Shown here: one piece after another, positions 8,336-16,490 of the stretch
How positions within the stretch are numbered: the stretch's first letter is position 1
Layout of the letters: every line of letters starts with the position of its first letter
Virus record (IMG/VR): IMGVR_UViG_3300011154_000001
Coordinates: 62,001-83,799 of that record
Source of the DNA: an uncultured virus (IMG/VR IMGVR_UViG_3300011154_000001)
Taxonomy: Duplodnaviria; Heunggongvirae; Uroviricota; Caudoviricetes
Strand: one strand, 5' to 3'
Length of the DNA stretch: 21,799 bases
Position numbers and translations under genes: made by a program
Notes under the pieces: generated by a model
Told to the model about the DNA's origin: nothing
What the model saw: only the letters and a program-made list of their open reading frames with translations
Databases searched by the model: none

Positions 8336-8539
8336 TCAAATCAAATAATTACCTTTAGGAAGTTCCATATCCCGAAACTTAAATTCTGCAACCAGTTCTT
8401 GATAAACTTTCTGACACTTTCCGCGTGCAATAGACTCAGCATACCAAGACGGACCTTCTGCTGCATTGAAATAGCTTAGTTCCTTGGCTACTTTATCGTA
8501 AAGATTGATAAGCTCTTCATCGGTGTGTTCGTTGTACAT
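8336..8539 (-). CDS. hypothetical phage protein
   Basis: Start re-assigned to MYNEHT (AGGAGA RBS). Confidence 0.7.
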   Translation of the reverse strand: MYNEHTDEELINLYDKVAKELSYFNAAEGPSWYAESIARGKCQKVYQELVAEFKFRDMELPKGNYLI

Positions 8540-8552
8540 TATTTTCTCCTGC

Positions 8553-9077
8553 TTATTTCTTAATTTCTTCAAATATAATGGTTTCTGGTAGCATATCAAA
8601 ACAAACGTATACACTGCTGAATGGTGGATTCAAAGAAGGTTTCGGATCATCGTAGTTTTTAAAATAAGATACTCGACGGTTTAGATACATAATTTCAAAA
8701 TAATTATTTTTAAACATATCGAACCGTTTTTGAGATTCGAAAAGTCCAACTACACCTACGAGCATCGCGAAAGGTTTTTCTAGCTCAAACAGCCTTTGAA
8801 AAACTTCACCTTTCAATGAGTAAGGCGGATTAGAAATAATGTAATCGTACTGATCTTCGTTAGGAGCGTAGTTGAAGAAATCCTTTCCGTCTTCAATGTG
8901 CGAAAGAATTACTTTGCAGCCGTGGTTAACCAACATTTTATAGAAATTTGATTTTTCTGTGTCGAACGGGCACCACACGGTACTTCCAGGTTTTACGTAC
9001 TTAAGGATTGGCAGAATTGCGTATTCCGGCGTATAGAATTCATCGTTACCACTACCTGCCACTTTATCCATCTTCAT
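8553..9077 (-). CDS. small orphan DNA amino-methyltransferase (probably N6-adenine)
   Basis: DEFYTP, VWCPFD, DFF and catalytic ISNPPYS motifs; GGAGG RBS. Confidence 0.8.
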   Translation of the reverse strand: MKMDKVAGSGNDEFYTPEYAILPILKYVKPGSTVWCPFDTEKSNFYKMLVNHGCKVILSHIEDGKDFFNYAPNEDQYDYIISNPPYSLKGEVFQRLFELEKPFAMLVGVVGLFESQKRFDMFKNNYFEIMYLNRRVSYFKNYDDPKPSLNPPFSSVYVCFDMLPETIIFEEIKK

Positions 9078-9238
9078 TAAATGTCCTCCAATGCTGAAAC
9101 AAGACCATCAAAATCTTCTTCTTTACCAAGAACAGTTGCTAGTGCAACTACTGAATCAATATCTACACCGTATTCTTCGGAAAGTTCTTGCAGATACTGA
9201 TTCCTATTAAGGTATCCGTTTTCTTCATAAATACTCAT
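9077..9238 (-). CDS. 53-aa acidic hypothetical protein
   Basis: Start MSIYEENGY with GAGGAGG RBS; ends EDFDGLVSALED. Confidence 0.7.
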   Translation of the reverse strand: MSIYEENGYLNRNQYLQELSEEYGVDIDSVVALATVLGKEEDFDGLVSALEDI

Positions 9239-9267
9239 TCTGTTCCTCCTCTTAAACAAGTGCGTCC

Positions 9268-9296
9268 ATGATAAGCAACGCACTGTTTTCTGTCAA
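9268..9296 (-). promoter_or_regulatory. sigma70-type promoter embedded in an inverted repeat
   Basis: TTGACA-17-TATCAT; AAACAGTGCGT / ACGCACTTGTTT arms flank the -10. Confidence 0.7.
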
Positions 9297-9311
9297 TTGT
9301 TTTTGTAGAAA

Positions 9312-10067
9312 TTACTCAGCTTTTTGTTCTACGGGTTTTGGCTTCTTACGAGCAGCTTTCTTTTCAGCTACAAGCTTCTTCTTTTCAAAAGCTTCCAATG
9401 CACGTTCTACAGCAACCTCTACCATCTCTTCAAATGTGGGCATCTGTTCTAAATCCTCTTCTTCTAGACCTGCTCCACTTTCTGTACAATCTGGATTATT
9501 ACAACCTCGTCCTTGTCGTGCCTCAAACATTACATCCAGTCTTTCACCGATCTGCTTATGGTCTAGCCAGATTTCGCGGCCACGCCGAAGGTCTTCTAAC
9601 TCTTCAGGATTAAGGAAGTCTTGATACACTTCGTACATAACAGATTCAGCATGCTTACCTACGAAGTCCACATGGTCACGAACATTCTGTACGATACCTC
9701 CAGACCCAAAGGCTGCGCTATGGCACATCATAGTGGCATAAGGCTTTACCTCAATACCCGGACAGCTAAGTGCAATCAAAGAAGCTGCTGAATAAGCCTC
9801 AGCTTCAATAATAGCAATTACATCTGCTTCACAAGCTTCAATACAGTTTTTGAAGATAATAGCAGAATTCAAATTTCCACCCGGACTTGACACATGGATT
9901 CGCACCAAATCTCCCTGGTGGGCGGAACGCAATACTTGGAAAGCGTGTCGGTAGTAGGTAGGATCTTTAATTTCTTCGTCTAGATAAATATCAAAAGCGT
10001 TGTAAGTCATTGAGCTTTGGCTAACTTCGCATTGCTCTTTAAACATCGGGATCATTTCGTCTGACAT
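9312..10067 (-). CDS. clpP: ClpP-like serine protease
   Basis: IHVSSPGG, AYSAAS (nucleophile Ser), MMCH; start MSDEMIP with AAGGAG RBS. Confidence 0.85.
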   Translation of the reverse strand: MSDEMIPMFKEQCEVSQSSMTYNAFDIYLDEEIKDPTYYRHAFQVLRSAHQGDLVRIHVSSPGGNLNSAIIFKNCIEACEADVIAIIEAEAYSAASLIALSCPGIEVKPYATMMCHSAAFGSGGIVQNVRDHVDFVGKHAESVMYEVYQDFLNPEELEDLRRGREIWLDHKQIGERLDVMFEARQGRGCNNPDCTESGAGLEEEDLEQMPTFEEMVEVAVERALEAFEKKKLVAEKKAARKKPKPVEQKAE

Positions 10068-10071
10068 ATTG

Positions 10072-10707
10072 CTACTCCTTCGTAAAACCATAATATTTAA
10101 GTTCTGCTTCTTCTCGGGCTTTGACAGCATCTTCAAAGGATTCCCCGTAGTATAAGATTATTTGTTCGCCATCTTTTGCAATTCTCGACTCCCATACACC
10201 TCTATCATCTCGCCAACGAACGCCTGTCCTACCAGAGCTATTTGTAGACTTTCTTTTCTGATCAAAGCTTTGTAAACTAAGAGACGCCCATTCACAAGTT
10301 TCTTTCGAGTAGATTTTAGCCCCATTGATACGATTTATAGTTGTTCCTTCAGGTCTTATTCCCATGTCTTCCAAAAAGTTCTCGAAAGAACCGCCTTTAG
10401 TTGTGTCCCAGCGTTCACACAGAGTCACATCACCATGCCACTCTTCGTAGTCCTGACTCCGAGTGCGTGCGCAAAGTTTCTGCCAAGATCTGTAAGTCGG
10501 TGTACCAGTCATTCCATGGCTCTTGAGTTCTCTAGGCTGACATCCACAGTCTGTAAATTTGTTATGAATCAATCTAGGTGAAATAAGCTCTATAGTATTA
10601 CCGCAATCACATAGACAGTTCCATATAATACTTTTACTTTTATGCTTTTTATCTGACCTGTTTACAACCAGTAGTAAACCAAATCTCTTATTTGTTAAGT
10701 CTTTCAT
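10072..10707 (-). CDS. HNH-type homing endonuclease with C-terminal AP2 domain
   Basis: DLTNKRFGLL..WNCLCDCG, SFENFLEDMGIRP, SGRTGV..W.SRI..YG.SFEDAVKAREEAE. Confidence 0.85.
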   Translation of the reverse strand: MKDLTNKRFGLLLVVNRSDKKHKSKSIIWNCLCDCGNTIELISPRLIHNKFTDCGCQPRELKSHGMTGTPTYRSWQKLCARTRSQDYEEWHGDVTLCERWDTTKGGSFENFLEDMGIRPEGTTINRINGAKIYSKETCEWASLSLQSFDQKRKSTNSSGRTGVRWRDDRGVWESRIAKDGEQIILYYGESFEDAVKAREEAELKYYGFTKE

Positions 10708-11486
10708 TTTCCTCGATTCTCGTACTTTTCAAATGCTTGGCCCCACATCTTAGCCTCCTCTGAGCGGACGCAATATTCCCAAGAATCAAAATCAATTAAG
10801 GTTACAGGAATATTTGCATATTGTGCAACATCTAGCAAGTATTGTAGTCCTGAGTTTTTCTTAAGATCTTGCTGGCGTAAATCACCAGTAATCACCGTGG
10901 TCGAGTTATACCCTTGGCGCCCAACTAGACTTTTTGCAACTTCAGGATCCAGATCTTCGGCCTCATCCACGAGAATTAGGCAGTTATCCCAAGAACGACC
11001 CTTCACATGCTCCAAGCTGAGTTGCTCGATTTTACCATTTGCAAGCATCGCCTCAAAATGTGCAACACCCATACGCTCTTTCATTGTGTTGGTGATCGGA
11101 GCGCACCATGGCTCCATTTTCTCATCTTTTGACCCTTTCAAAAATCCTACAGACTTGCCTTTACCTTCTGCGGGTCGCGCAATAATAACTTTATCAATCT
11201 TTTTATCCATGAGCCAATCGGAGGCAATTACAGATGGGATATAAGTTTTCGAGCTTCCCCAAACACCAACACAAATCACACACGAATCTTCTTGAACAGC
11301 CTTGATGTAGTCTTTCTGCTTATCGTTCATAGGAACGAGCGGCTTACGAAGGCTACTAGTGTGTGCGTACTTCTCTTTGTTTTCTTGGCTTACTCCCCCA
11401 TTCCGAGTCTTGCGGGTACGTTTACGAGGAACCTGAATCTCCTCTCCGTCTACAACTACAAGTTCCATACGACCTTTGCTGCCCAT
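10704..11486 (-). CDS. phoH: PhoH-family ATPase
   Basis: IIARP, VGFLKG...KMEPW, KGRS, ILVDEA, ITGDLRQQD, SGL, VRS motifs. Confidence 0.92.
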   Translation of the reverse strand: MGSKGRMELVVVDGEEIQVPRKRTRKTRNGGVSQENKEKYAHTSSLRKPLVPMNDKQKDYIKAVQEDSCVICVGVWGSSKTYIPSVIASDWLMDKKIDKVIIARPAEGKGKSVGFLKGSKDEKMEPWCAPITNTMKERMGVAHFEAMLANGKIEQLSLEHVKGRSWDNCLILVDEAEDLDPEVAKSLVGRQGYNSTTVITGDLRQQDLKKNSGLQYLLDVAQYANIPVTLIDFDSWEYCVRSEEAKMWGQAFEKYENRGK

Positions 11487-11501
11487 AGTTTTATTCCTTA
11501 T

Positions 11502-11801
11502 TCAAATCAAAATAGAGTCAATTGCTTGTTCAATCTGCCGAAGCTGAAAACCTTCCATATCGCCTACCTTTTCACTAAACAACTGCAATTTACTTTTAAA
11601 AGACTCTAATACACGTTTACGGTCATTGTCAAGGTGTCTTGAATACCAACCTCTTACTTTTTGATAGAGTTCTTCAAATGGTACTGTAGAACATACTAAG
11701 CAAAGCATTTCTGTTAGGCTATCAATCTTCCTAGCATATTCCGCTACTAGTTCAGCATTTCTCTTACGATCATCATCGTCCCGTGAATCATAACAGGGCA
11801 T
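11502..11801 (-). CDS. hypothetical phage protein
   Basis: MPCYD...LCLVC...WY..H..ND; AAGGAGA RBS. Confidence 0.7.
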   Translation of the reverse strand: MPCYDSRDDDDRKRNAELVAEYARKIDSLTEMLCLVCSTVPFEELYQKVRGWYSRHLDNDRKRVLESFKSKLQLFSEKVGDMEGFQLRQIEQAIDSILI

Positions 11802-11811
11802 TTAGTTCTCC

Positions 11812-12012
11812 TTATTCAACTTGCTTCAGAGTGACTTGTTCCAAGTAAGCTTCAAAAGTTGCTGCTGCTACATCACCATAGCTTGGTTCTTTACCATCAA
11901 GCTTTTCACGCAAGAATTTCAAAGCTTCATTCTCAACTTTAGCAAACTCGTCCGGATTCTCACAATAATCCATCATCCAAGCATTAAAAGCATCTACAAA
12001 TTTAGTGTTCAT
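11812..12012 (-). CDS. hypothetical phage protein
   Basis: 66-aa ORF, AAGGAGA RBS. Confidence 0.7.
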   Translation of the reverse strand: MNTKFVDAFNAWMMDYCENPDEFAKVENEALKFLREKLDGKEPSYGDVAAATFEAYLEQVTLKQVE

Positions 12013-12296
12013 TAATTCAATTCTCCTTCACGGGGTGTTAAAACGAATTCAAGAAGCTTACTAATTTCTCTTGTAAGTGCCATACTGCTCTCACTTACCG
12101 CATTACTGTAGCACACATATTTCTCAGATGCAAGGAATTCCTCAACTTCTTTTACATCTTCCCTAGAAATTCTCTGATCCATTTCTCGCTGAAAGTTTAC
12201 AGATAACTCATCATAATTTAGCTGCTGAAGACAATAAAGAATTTCTGGGCTGTCGCGATATAAGGTTAGCATTGCTTGCTTAAGCACATCACTCAT
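12012..12296 (-). CDS. hypothetical phage protein
   Basis: 94-aa ORF, GAGG RBS. Confidence 0.7.
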   Translation of the reverse strand: MSDVLKQAMLTLYRDSPEILYCLQQLNYDELSVNFQREMDQRISREDVKEVEEFLASEKYVCYSNAVSESSMALTREISKLLEFVLTPREGELN

Positions 12297-12693
12297 ACCC
12301 CACCTCGATTACAAAATGTCCATAAAAATCTGTTTCAACTTTCTGACCACTGTTTGAATACTGATCTTCTTCTGGATTTGTCCAAGCTACTTGGTATGTA
12401 TCGCTATTACCGTCATCGTAGACAATATCAAACCAGCATATATCCTTGTACTTCTCCAATCTTTCTTTTACAGGAACATCGCAAGTTGTTTTACCACCGT
12501 AGCCTATGAAGTTTTCTTGAAAAGAAACATAAAGCTTGTTAGCTACGGTGTATTCATGCAAACCTTGTCCATTTGGGTAATAGCTGCGAGATTTATTAAT
12601 ACCTCCTAGATTGAAAGTATAAACATATTCGATTGGAATCTCAACACTCTCACAGTTCTCAAATCCAAAGCTGATTGCCTTTACTTCACTCAT
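12289..12693 (-). CDS. hypothetical phage protein
   Basis: 134-aa ORF with FENCE motif; AGGAG RBS. Confidence 0.7.
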   Translation of the reverse strand: MSEVKAISFGFENCESVEIPIEYVYTFNLGGINKSRSYYPNGQGLHEYTVANKLYVSFQENFIGYGGKTTCDVPVKERLEKYKDICWFDIVYDDGNSDTYQVAWTNPEEDQYSNSGQKVETDFYGHFVIEVGYE

Positions 12694-12928
12694 CTCTCAC
12701 TCCTATAGCTTCTGCTGTGTCAAGACCATGCTTCTTCAAATACTGCCACATAGCTTGATGTTCTTTCAAGATAGCTTCTTTCTCACGAAGGCTTGTCTCA
12801 AGTAAATACTTCAATGTTGTGTTGAAGTCAAGCTTGTGTAGATCAGGATTCAAAAGAATTGTTTGTACAGTTCCGTTTGTACCATCTTTATCTAACCGTT
12901 GCAACCATTCAATTTGATCTTGTTTCAT
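12686..12928 (-). CDS. hypothetical phage protein
   Basis: 80-aa ORF, GGAGG RBS. Confidence 0.7.
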   Translation of the reverse strand: MKQDQIEWLQRLDKDGTNGTVQTILLNPDLHKLDFNTTLKYLLETSLREKEAILKEHQAMWQYLKKHGLDTAEAIGVRDE

Positions 12929-13137
12929 TTATCATCCTCCGATAACCATTTACCAAAACTACTCTCGGATATTAGAATAGTCATTGAAATTAGTGTCCAC
13001 ATAATCCCTGCCGCCAACGGTAGCATGAAGACTACACCAATTACAACTGCTGGATATGTGAAATACATAACCAAGAATGATATAAGAGCCATTGGCACTG
13101 AAATGCTTAGCTGTTTTTGATATTTATTCATCTTCAT
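12925..13137 (-). CDS. two-TM membrane protein
   Basis: Two long hydrophobic stretches. Confidence 0.65.
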   Translation of the reverse strand: MKMNKYQKQLSISVPMALISFLVMYFTYPAVVIGVVFMLPLAAGIMWTLISMTILISESSFGKWLSEDDK

Positions 13138-13447
13138 AAATCAAATCCTCCCAAGTACGTCCATTAATTTGCTGCCATGCCATCCATAATAGCGTAACAG
13201 GCCAAGAAATGCAACACCAAATCATCAGTAATGTTAAAATAGTTGCTACTGTAAAGTTCTCAGGAATTACTTTCCACCTTTCGTCGGGAATCTTACCATC
13301 TTCAATATCTTGTTCATCCATTGCTGAGAATATTTCTTGAATACCAGAATAAAAGCCTCCGATTGGTGTTGTAAGTTTATACAGCCAATTCTTCATAAGC
13401 ATGTATGTGCAAAAGCCGATGAGTAGGTATGCAAGGATGTAGCTCAA
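13124..13447 (-). CDS. two-TM membrane protein
   Basis: YILAYLLIG ... ISWPVTLLW; TTG start, GAGGA RBS. Confidence 0.65.
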   Translation of the reverse strand: MSYILAYLLIGFCTYMLMKNWLYKLTTPIGGFYSGIQEIFSAMDEQDIEDGKIPDERWKVIPENFTVATILTLLMIWCCISWPVTLLWMAWQQINGRTWEDLIYEDE

Positions 13448-13926
13448 TTTGTAATCCTCTTTTCTAGCTTAATTAGTTCCTTCAATACATCTTCTTGCTG
13501 ATGTTGTAAATTAAACTTAGGTAAAAATTTGAAAACTAAACCCGTGTATGTGTGGAAATACTTTAACATGATTTTATCTTCAAAACTCCCCTTCAGTGAT
13601 TTCCTAGAGTATCTTGTAGCAAAAGCCTCTTCTTTAATTACGTCAAGGAGTGGAACTCCTGATTTATAAAGTGACAACTTATCAGAAGTTTTAAGACCTT
13701 TCCTCTTATATCCACTTTTCCTGTAAACTTCATGCCCAACCTCGTGCATGAATACAGACAAGAAGTTCTTATTAAAAGGTGACATCCAAATGCAGTTTGT
13801 CATCTTCTTATTAGACCATTCAATATTAATGTGCGTAGCTCTGTGACCAAACCTAAAAGGTAGTGGGATAATATTATACTTCTTACACACTTTTAAAGCG
13901 TAAATCCATTCTCCTATCTTATTCAT
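13444..13926 (-). CDS. putative zincin metallopeptidase-like protein
   Basis: FMHEVGH (HExxH) plus downstream EEAFA; AAGGAGA RBS. Confidence 0.6.
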   Translation of the reverse strand: MNKIGEWIYALKVCKKYNIIPLPFRFGHRATHINIEWSNKKMTNCIWMSPFNKNFLSVFMHEVGHEVYRKSGYKRKGLKTSDKLSLYKSGVPLLDVIKEEAFATRYSRKSLKGSFEDKIMLKYFHTYTGLVFKFLPKFNLQHQQEDVLKELIKLEKRITN

Positions 13927-14048
13927 CCCATCTCTCCTTCCAAATATTACTTTTCCAGGCTCTGTGCTGCGTTTATAGCGACGTTCTCTTCTCTTTTGAT
14001 GTAGGGTACTGGGGCACGCCTGCAGGCCCTTAAATCGCTTAATTTACC

Positions 14049-14279
14049 CTAGTAATTGAAGTTCGTTGGAAGATTCATCCAAGCCTCTTCGTGTTTACTA
14101 CTATACACACCATCAGAACCTTTTACCACAATTTCCAAACAAGCATCAAAGCCATCCTCTCTTGGGTGAATAATTACAGCTTCGTTATCACAACCTTCAA
14201 TGTAAAGCAATACATCTACTACATTGCCACGATTAAAATTACCAACCATTGTTGTTACTCGGTATTTTACTGTTTGCAT
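14049..14279 (-). CDS. hypothetical phage protein
   Basis: 76-aa ORF, AGGGG RBS. Confidence 0.6.
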   Translation of the reverse strand: MQTVKYRVTTMVGNFNRGNVVDVLLYIEGCDNEAVIIHPREDGFDACLEIVVKGSDGVYSSKHEEAWMNLPTNFNY

Positions 14280-14289
14280 TGTATTTCCC

Positions 14290-14451
14290 CTATTTCAAGC
14301 TATCCACATATTGCTGTGGTGTTTTACCACGAATGTAATATTCTCGCATCATCACGCTGATCATATCAGCATCTAAAGGACGAGTTGTCAAGCTTTTTAC
14401 TTGTTCAACCCACCAAGCCCATCCGAACGGGGTGTTTGGTATAGTTTTCAT
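14290..14451 (-). CDS. 53-aa hypothetical protein
   Basis: MKTIPNTPFGWAWWVEQV...; ATGA overlap; GGAG RBS. Confidence 0.55.
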   Translation of the reverse strand: MKTIPNTPFGWAWWVEQVKSLTTRPLDADMISVMMREYYIRGKTPQQYVDSLK

Positions 14452-14948
14452 TGAAATTTCTCCATTAATTTTAGACGTTCTAGTTTATCTTCATCTTCTT
14501 TAACTCTTCGCTGTCGTGTGAATTGCTCAAGCAAAATCCTTTCTTTACGCTCTTTGGACCTCAAACGAAACTTCATAAACGCTTGCATGATATACGAAAG
14601 CTCCCACCCATTTAGACTGAACTTAAGCCCTTTAACAGAGTAAAGCTTACCTCGGTGAACAATTCCATAATACTCGTCTCCGTTCTGTCTGTCAAGCAGT
14701 TTAGCATAGCCTGTGTAGCTATTATCTTTGCTCATCCAATCGTAAATCTCTCCCCAAAAACCAGTTTCAACAGCATAAGCGTATTTGTGGAATGAAAGCT
14801 TAAATCGTTTTGGATTGTTGTTCAAGCATTTCACAAAAGAAATTACAGGATCTCCAACCATTGGATCAATAGCTTCTTTAGGTTGTGGGTTGCGTACAGG
14901 TGGTTTCTGTGATGAAGGCGATCCAAACAGCCAGTTTAAAAATTTCAT
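14448..14948 (-). CDS. hypothetical phage protein
   Basis: 166-aa ORF, AAGGAGA RBS. Confidence 0.75.
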   Translation of the reverse strand: MKFLNWLFGSPSSQKPPVRNPQPKEAIDPMVGDPVISFVKCLNNNPKRFKLSFHKYAYAVETGFWGEIYDWMSKDNSYTGYAKLLDRQNGDEYYGIVHRGKLYSVKGLKFSLNGWELSYIMQAFMKFRLRSKERKERILLEQFTRQRRVKEDEDKLERLKLMEKFQ

Positions 14949-15184
14949 TTCTTAATCTCCTTACGAATATCCTCTGCTTTATGGAATCGTCCAGCAAGCT
15001 CTACATAATCTACGCTATTGTAGCTGAATTCTCCGTCCTCTACAACATACGGAATACCAAATTCTAGTCCATCCACTTGAAATCCTCCATAGCCGTAGCA
15101 TGACTCTGTGATTTCTATTTCTACACCATATTCTTCCAGAAGGCAAGCTAATTTTTCAAAGAATTCTTTACTTTTCTGTTGCAT
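14945..15184 (-). CDS. hypothetical phage protein
   Basis: Start re-assigned to MQQKSK (GAGGA RBS). Confidence 0.65.
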   Translation of the reverse strand: MQQKSKEFFEKLACLLEEYGVEIEITESCYGYGGFQVDGLEFGIPYVVEDGEFSYNSVDYVELAGRFHKAEDIRKEIKK

Positions 15185-15185
15185 G

Positions 15186-15365
15186 TCAGATTTCCTCTTG
15201 CGCTGTTTGGATAATCTTAAATTTAACCTGCTTCCCTTCAATAATAATGCAGTAGGTATCCTCTCCCGTATTTTGTGCAGCAGCATTTAATGCTTGTTCT
15301 TTAGTGTCGAATTCCATGTAATCGTGAGAACCATATTGGCTTTGAACCACAACAAAATATTTCAC
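15186..15365 (-). CDS. 59-aa hypothetical protein
   Basis: GTG in GTGA overlap, AAGGAGA RBS; MKYFVVVQSQYGSHDYMEFDTKEQAL... Confidence 0.6.
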   Translation of the reverse strand: MKYFVVVQSQYGSHDYMEFDTKEQALNAAAQNTGEDTYCIIIEGKQVKFKIIQTAQEEI

Positions 15366-15631
15366 TTAAAGATCTCCTTATTAAACTTCCAATCTTTATA
15401 GCTAATTTCAGTACCATCAGCAAGAATTACAACCTGCTCAACTGCGTTAGGTTCACGACCAGATTTGTACAATTGTTCAGCACCATATTCTGATAGTCCA
15501 TGATTTGTCAGTCTGCCATTTTCACAAGTGAATTCCATATGCCTAAGAGCTTCAATAAACTCCCTATCCTTTCGACGTTTTAAAAGTTCTGCTGGTGTGT
15601 TTGTACGCTTAAACCACCCAAATAGATCCAT
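15362..15631 (-). CDS. hypothetical phage protein
   Basis: 89-aa ORF, TAATG coupling. Confidence 0.7.
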   Translation of the reverse strand: MDLFGWFKRTNTPAELLKRRKDREFIEALRHMEFTCENGRLTNHGLSEYGAEQLYKSGREPNAVEQVVILADGTEISYKDWKFNKEIFK

Positions 15632-15828
15632 TACTCATTACTCCAAGGTAGATCAGAACTGTGGAAAATCTCGCAGTAATCGTAGCCTGTCAAGAATCCA
15701 CCTTTATCTTCGTACTCTTGCTTTACACGCAGAGCTTCATCTTGATCAAATGTGACAAGCACGATGTTGCTAATACCACCTAGAGGATAATACATATCCC
15801 ATTTACACACAATCCAAAAATCTTTCAT
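15631..15828 (-). CDS. hypothetical phage protein
   Basis: First gene of leftward unit; YYPLGG motif; AGGAGA RBS. Confidence 0.7.
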   Translation of the reverse strand: MKDFWIVCKWDMYYPLGGISNIVLVTFDQDEALRVKQEYEDKGGFLTGYDYCEIFHSSDLPWSNE

Positions 15829-15893
15829 CTTTCTCTCCTAAGCCTTTCAGGTATTTCATTTATGTTTGCACATCTCTGTGCTGTGTGGGGTAT

Positions 15894-15922
15894 AGAATAG
15901 CAGGGGTAGGGGATGGATGCAA
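15894..15922 (-). promoter_or_regulatory. leftward sigma70 promoter
   Basis: TTGCAT-17-TATTCT with extended TG. Confidence 0.65.
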
Positions 15923-15956
15923 GCGGTAGTGGAAAATATTTTTGTGTGGAATGTGC

Positions 15957-15984
15957 TTGACACTGCCCTTAAAGCTGCTAGAAT
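15957..15984 (+). promoter_or_regulatory. rightward sigma70 promoter (divergent pair)
   Basis: TTGACA-16-TAGAAT with extended TG. Confidence 0.65.
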
Positions 15985-16000
15985 TGATGGAGGTAAGGAA

Positions 16001-16288
16001 AGGTACTTAATTTGTCCCATATGTATAGGACATTTGAGGTCATACTGTATAGGATAAAATGTCTCACTATATAGAAAGAGTAAGAAAGAAAGATAAAATA
16101 GATTTTAAAAGCTAATAGGATTAAAAATCCCATACTTCTTAAACAGCTTGAAAAGCGAAAGCTTGATTTTGACATTCATTTGTTGTAGTGTGCAGGGCTG
16201 TTGATGCTTTTAATCTTTTAATCATTTTTGGTGTTAAGAACGAAGTGATAGAGAAAGAATTATGTATGGGATAATTTATCCCATATGT
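16001..16288. repeat. iteron/operator-like 21-bp quasi-palindromes; candidate replication origin
   Basis: Perfect TATGGGATAATTTATCCCATA at 16265-16285; degenerate copies starting about 16001, 16024, 16048 and 16114; A-rich tract 16072-16110. Confidence 0.6.
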
Positions 16289-16315
16289 TTAACCTAAATT
16301 AAGTAGGAGTAGAAA

Positions 16316-16441
16316 ATGAGTCTAATCATCCCACGACCACTGCTGGCATGGATTGATGAGAACCGAGGTGAGATGAGCCGTCAATCATTCATCTTAAAAT
16401 GCATGTTCAAATTAAAGGAGATTCAAGATATGACTAAGTAA
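16316..16441 (+). CDS. 41-aa ribbon-helix-helix (CopG/Arc-like) protein
   Basis: MSLIIPRPLLAWIDENRGEMSRQSFILKCMFKLKEIQDMTK; AGGAG RBS; beta strand, helix, G-x-x-S-R-x-x-F-I helix. Confidence 0.6.
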   Translation: MSLIIPRPLLAWIDENRGEMSRQSFILKCMFKLKEIQDMTK

Positions 16442-16490
16442 ACTCAAATGCAACATAAAAACTATAGATTACTAAATAACTGGAATAACT

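Noticed and set aside
13927..14048. In-frame upstream extension of the HExxH gene
   Set aside because: No canonical start before the stop; the ATG at 13926 has a strong AAGGAG RBS
14362..14391. TTGACA-containing leftward promoter candidate (similar cases near 5300 and 6450)
   Set aside because: Poor -10 spacing, and all lie inside small ORFs
134..15755. Plus-strand ORFs in the track across the leftward region
   Set aside because: Antisense shadows of RBS-bearing, translationally coupled minus-strand genes
15978..16175. 65-aa minus-strand hydrophobic ORF
   Set aside because: Low-complexity translation of the AT-rich repeat region; no RBS
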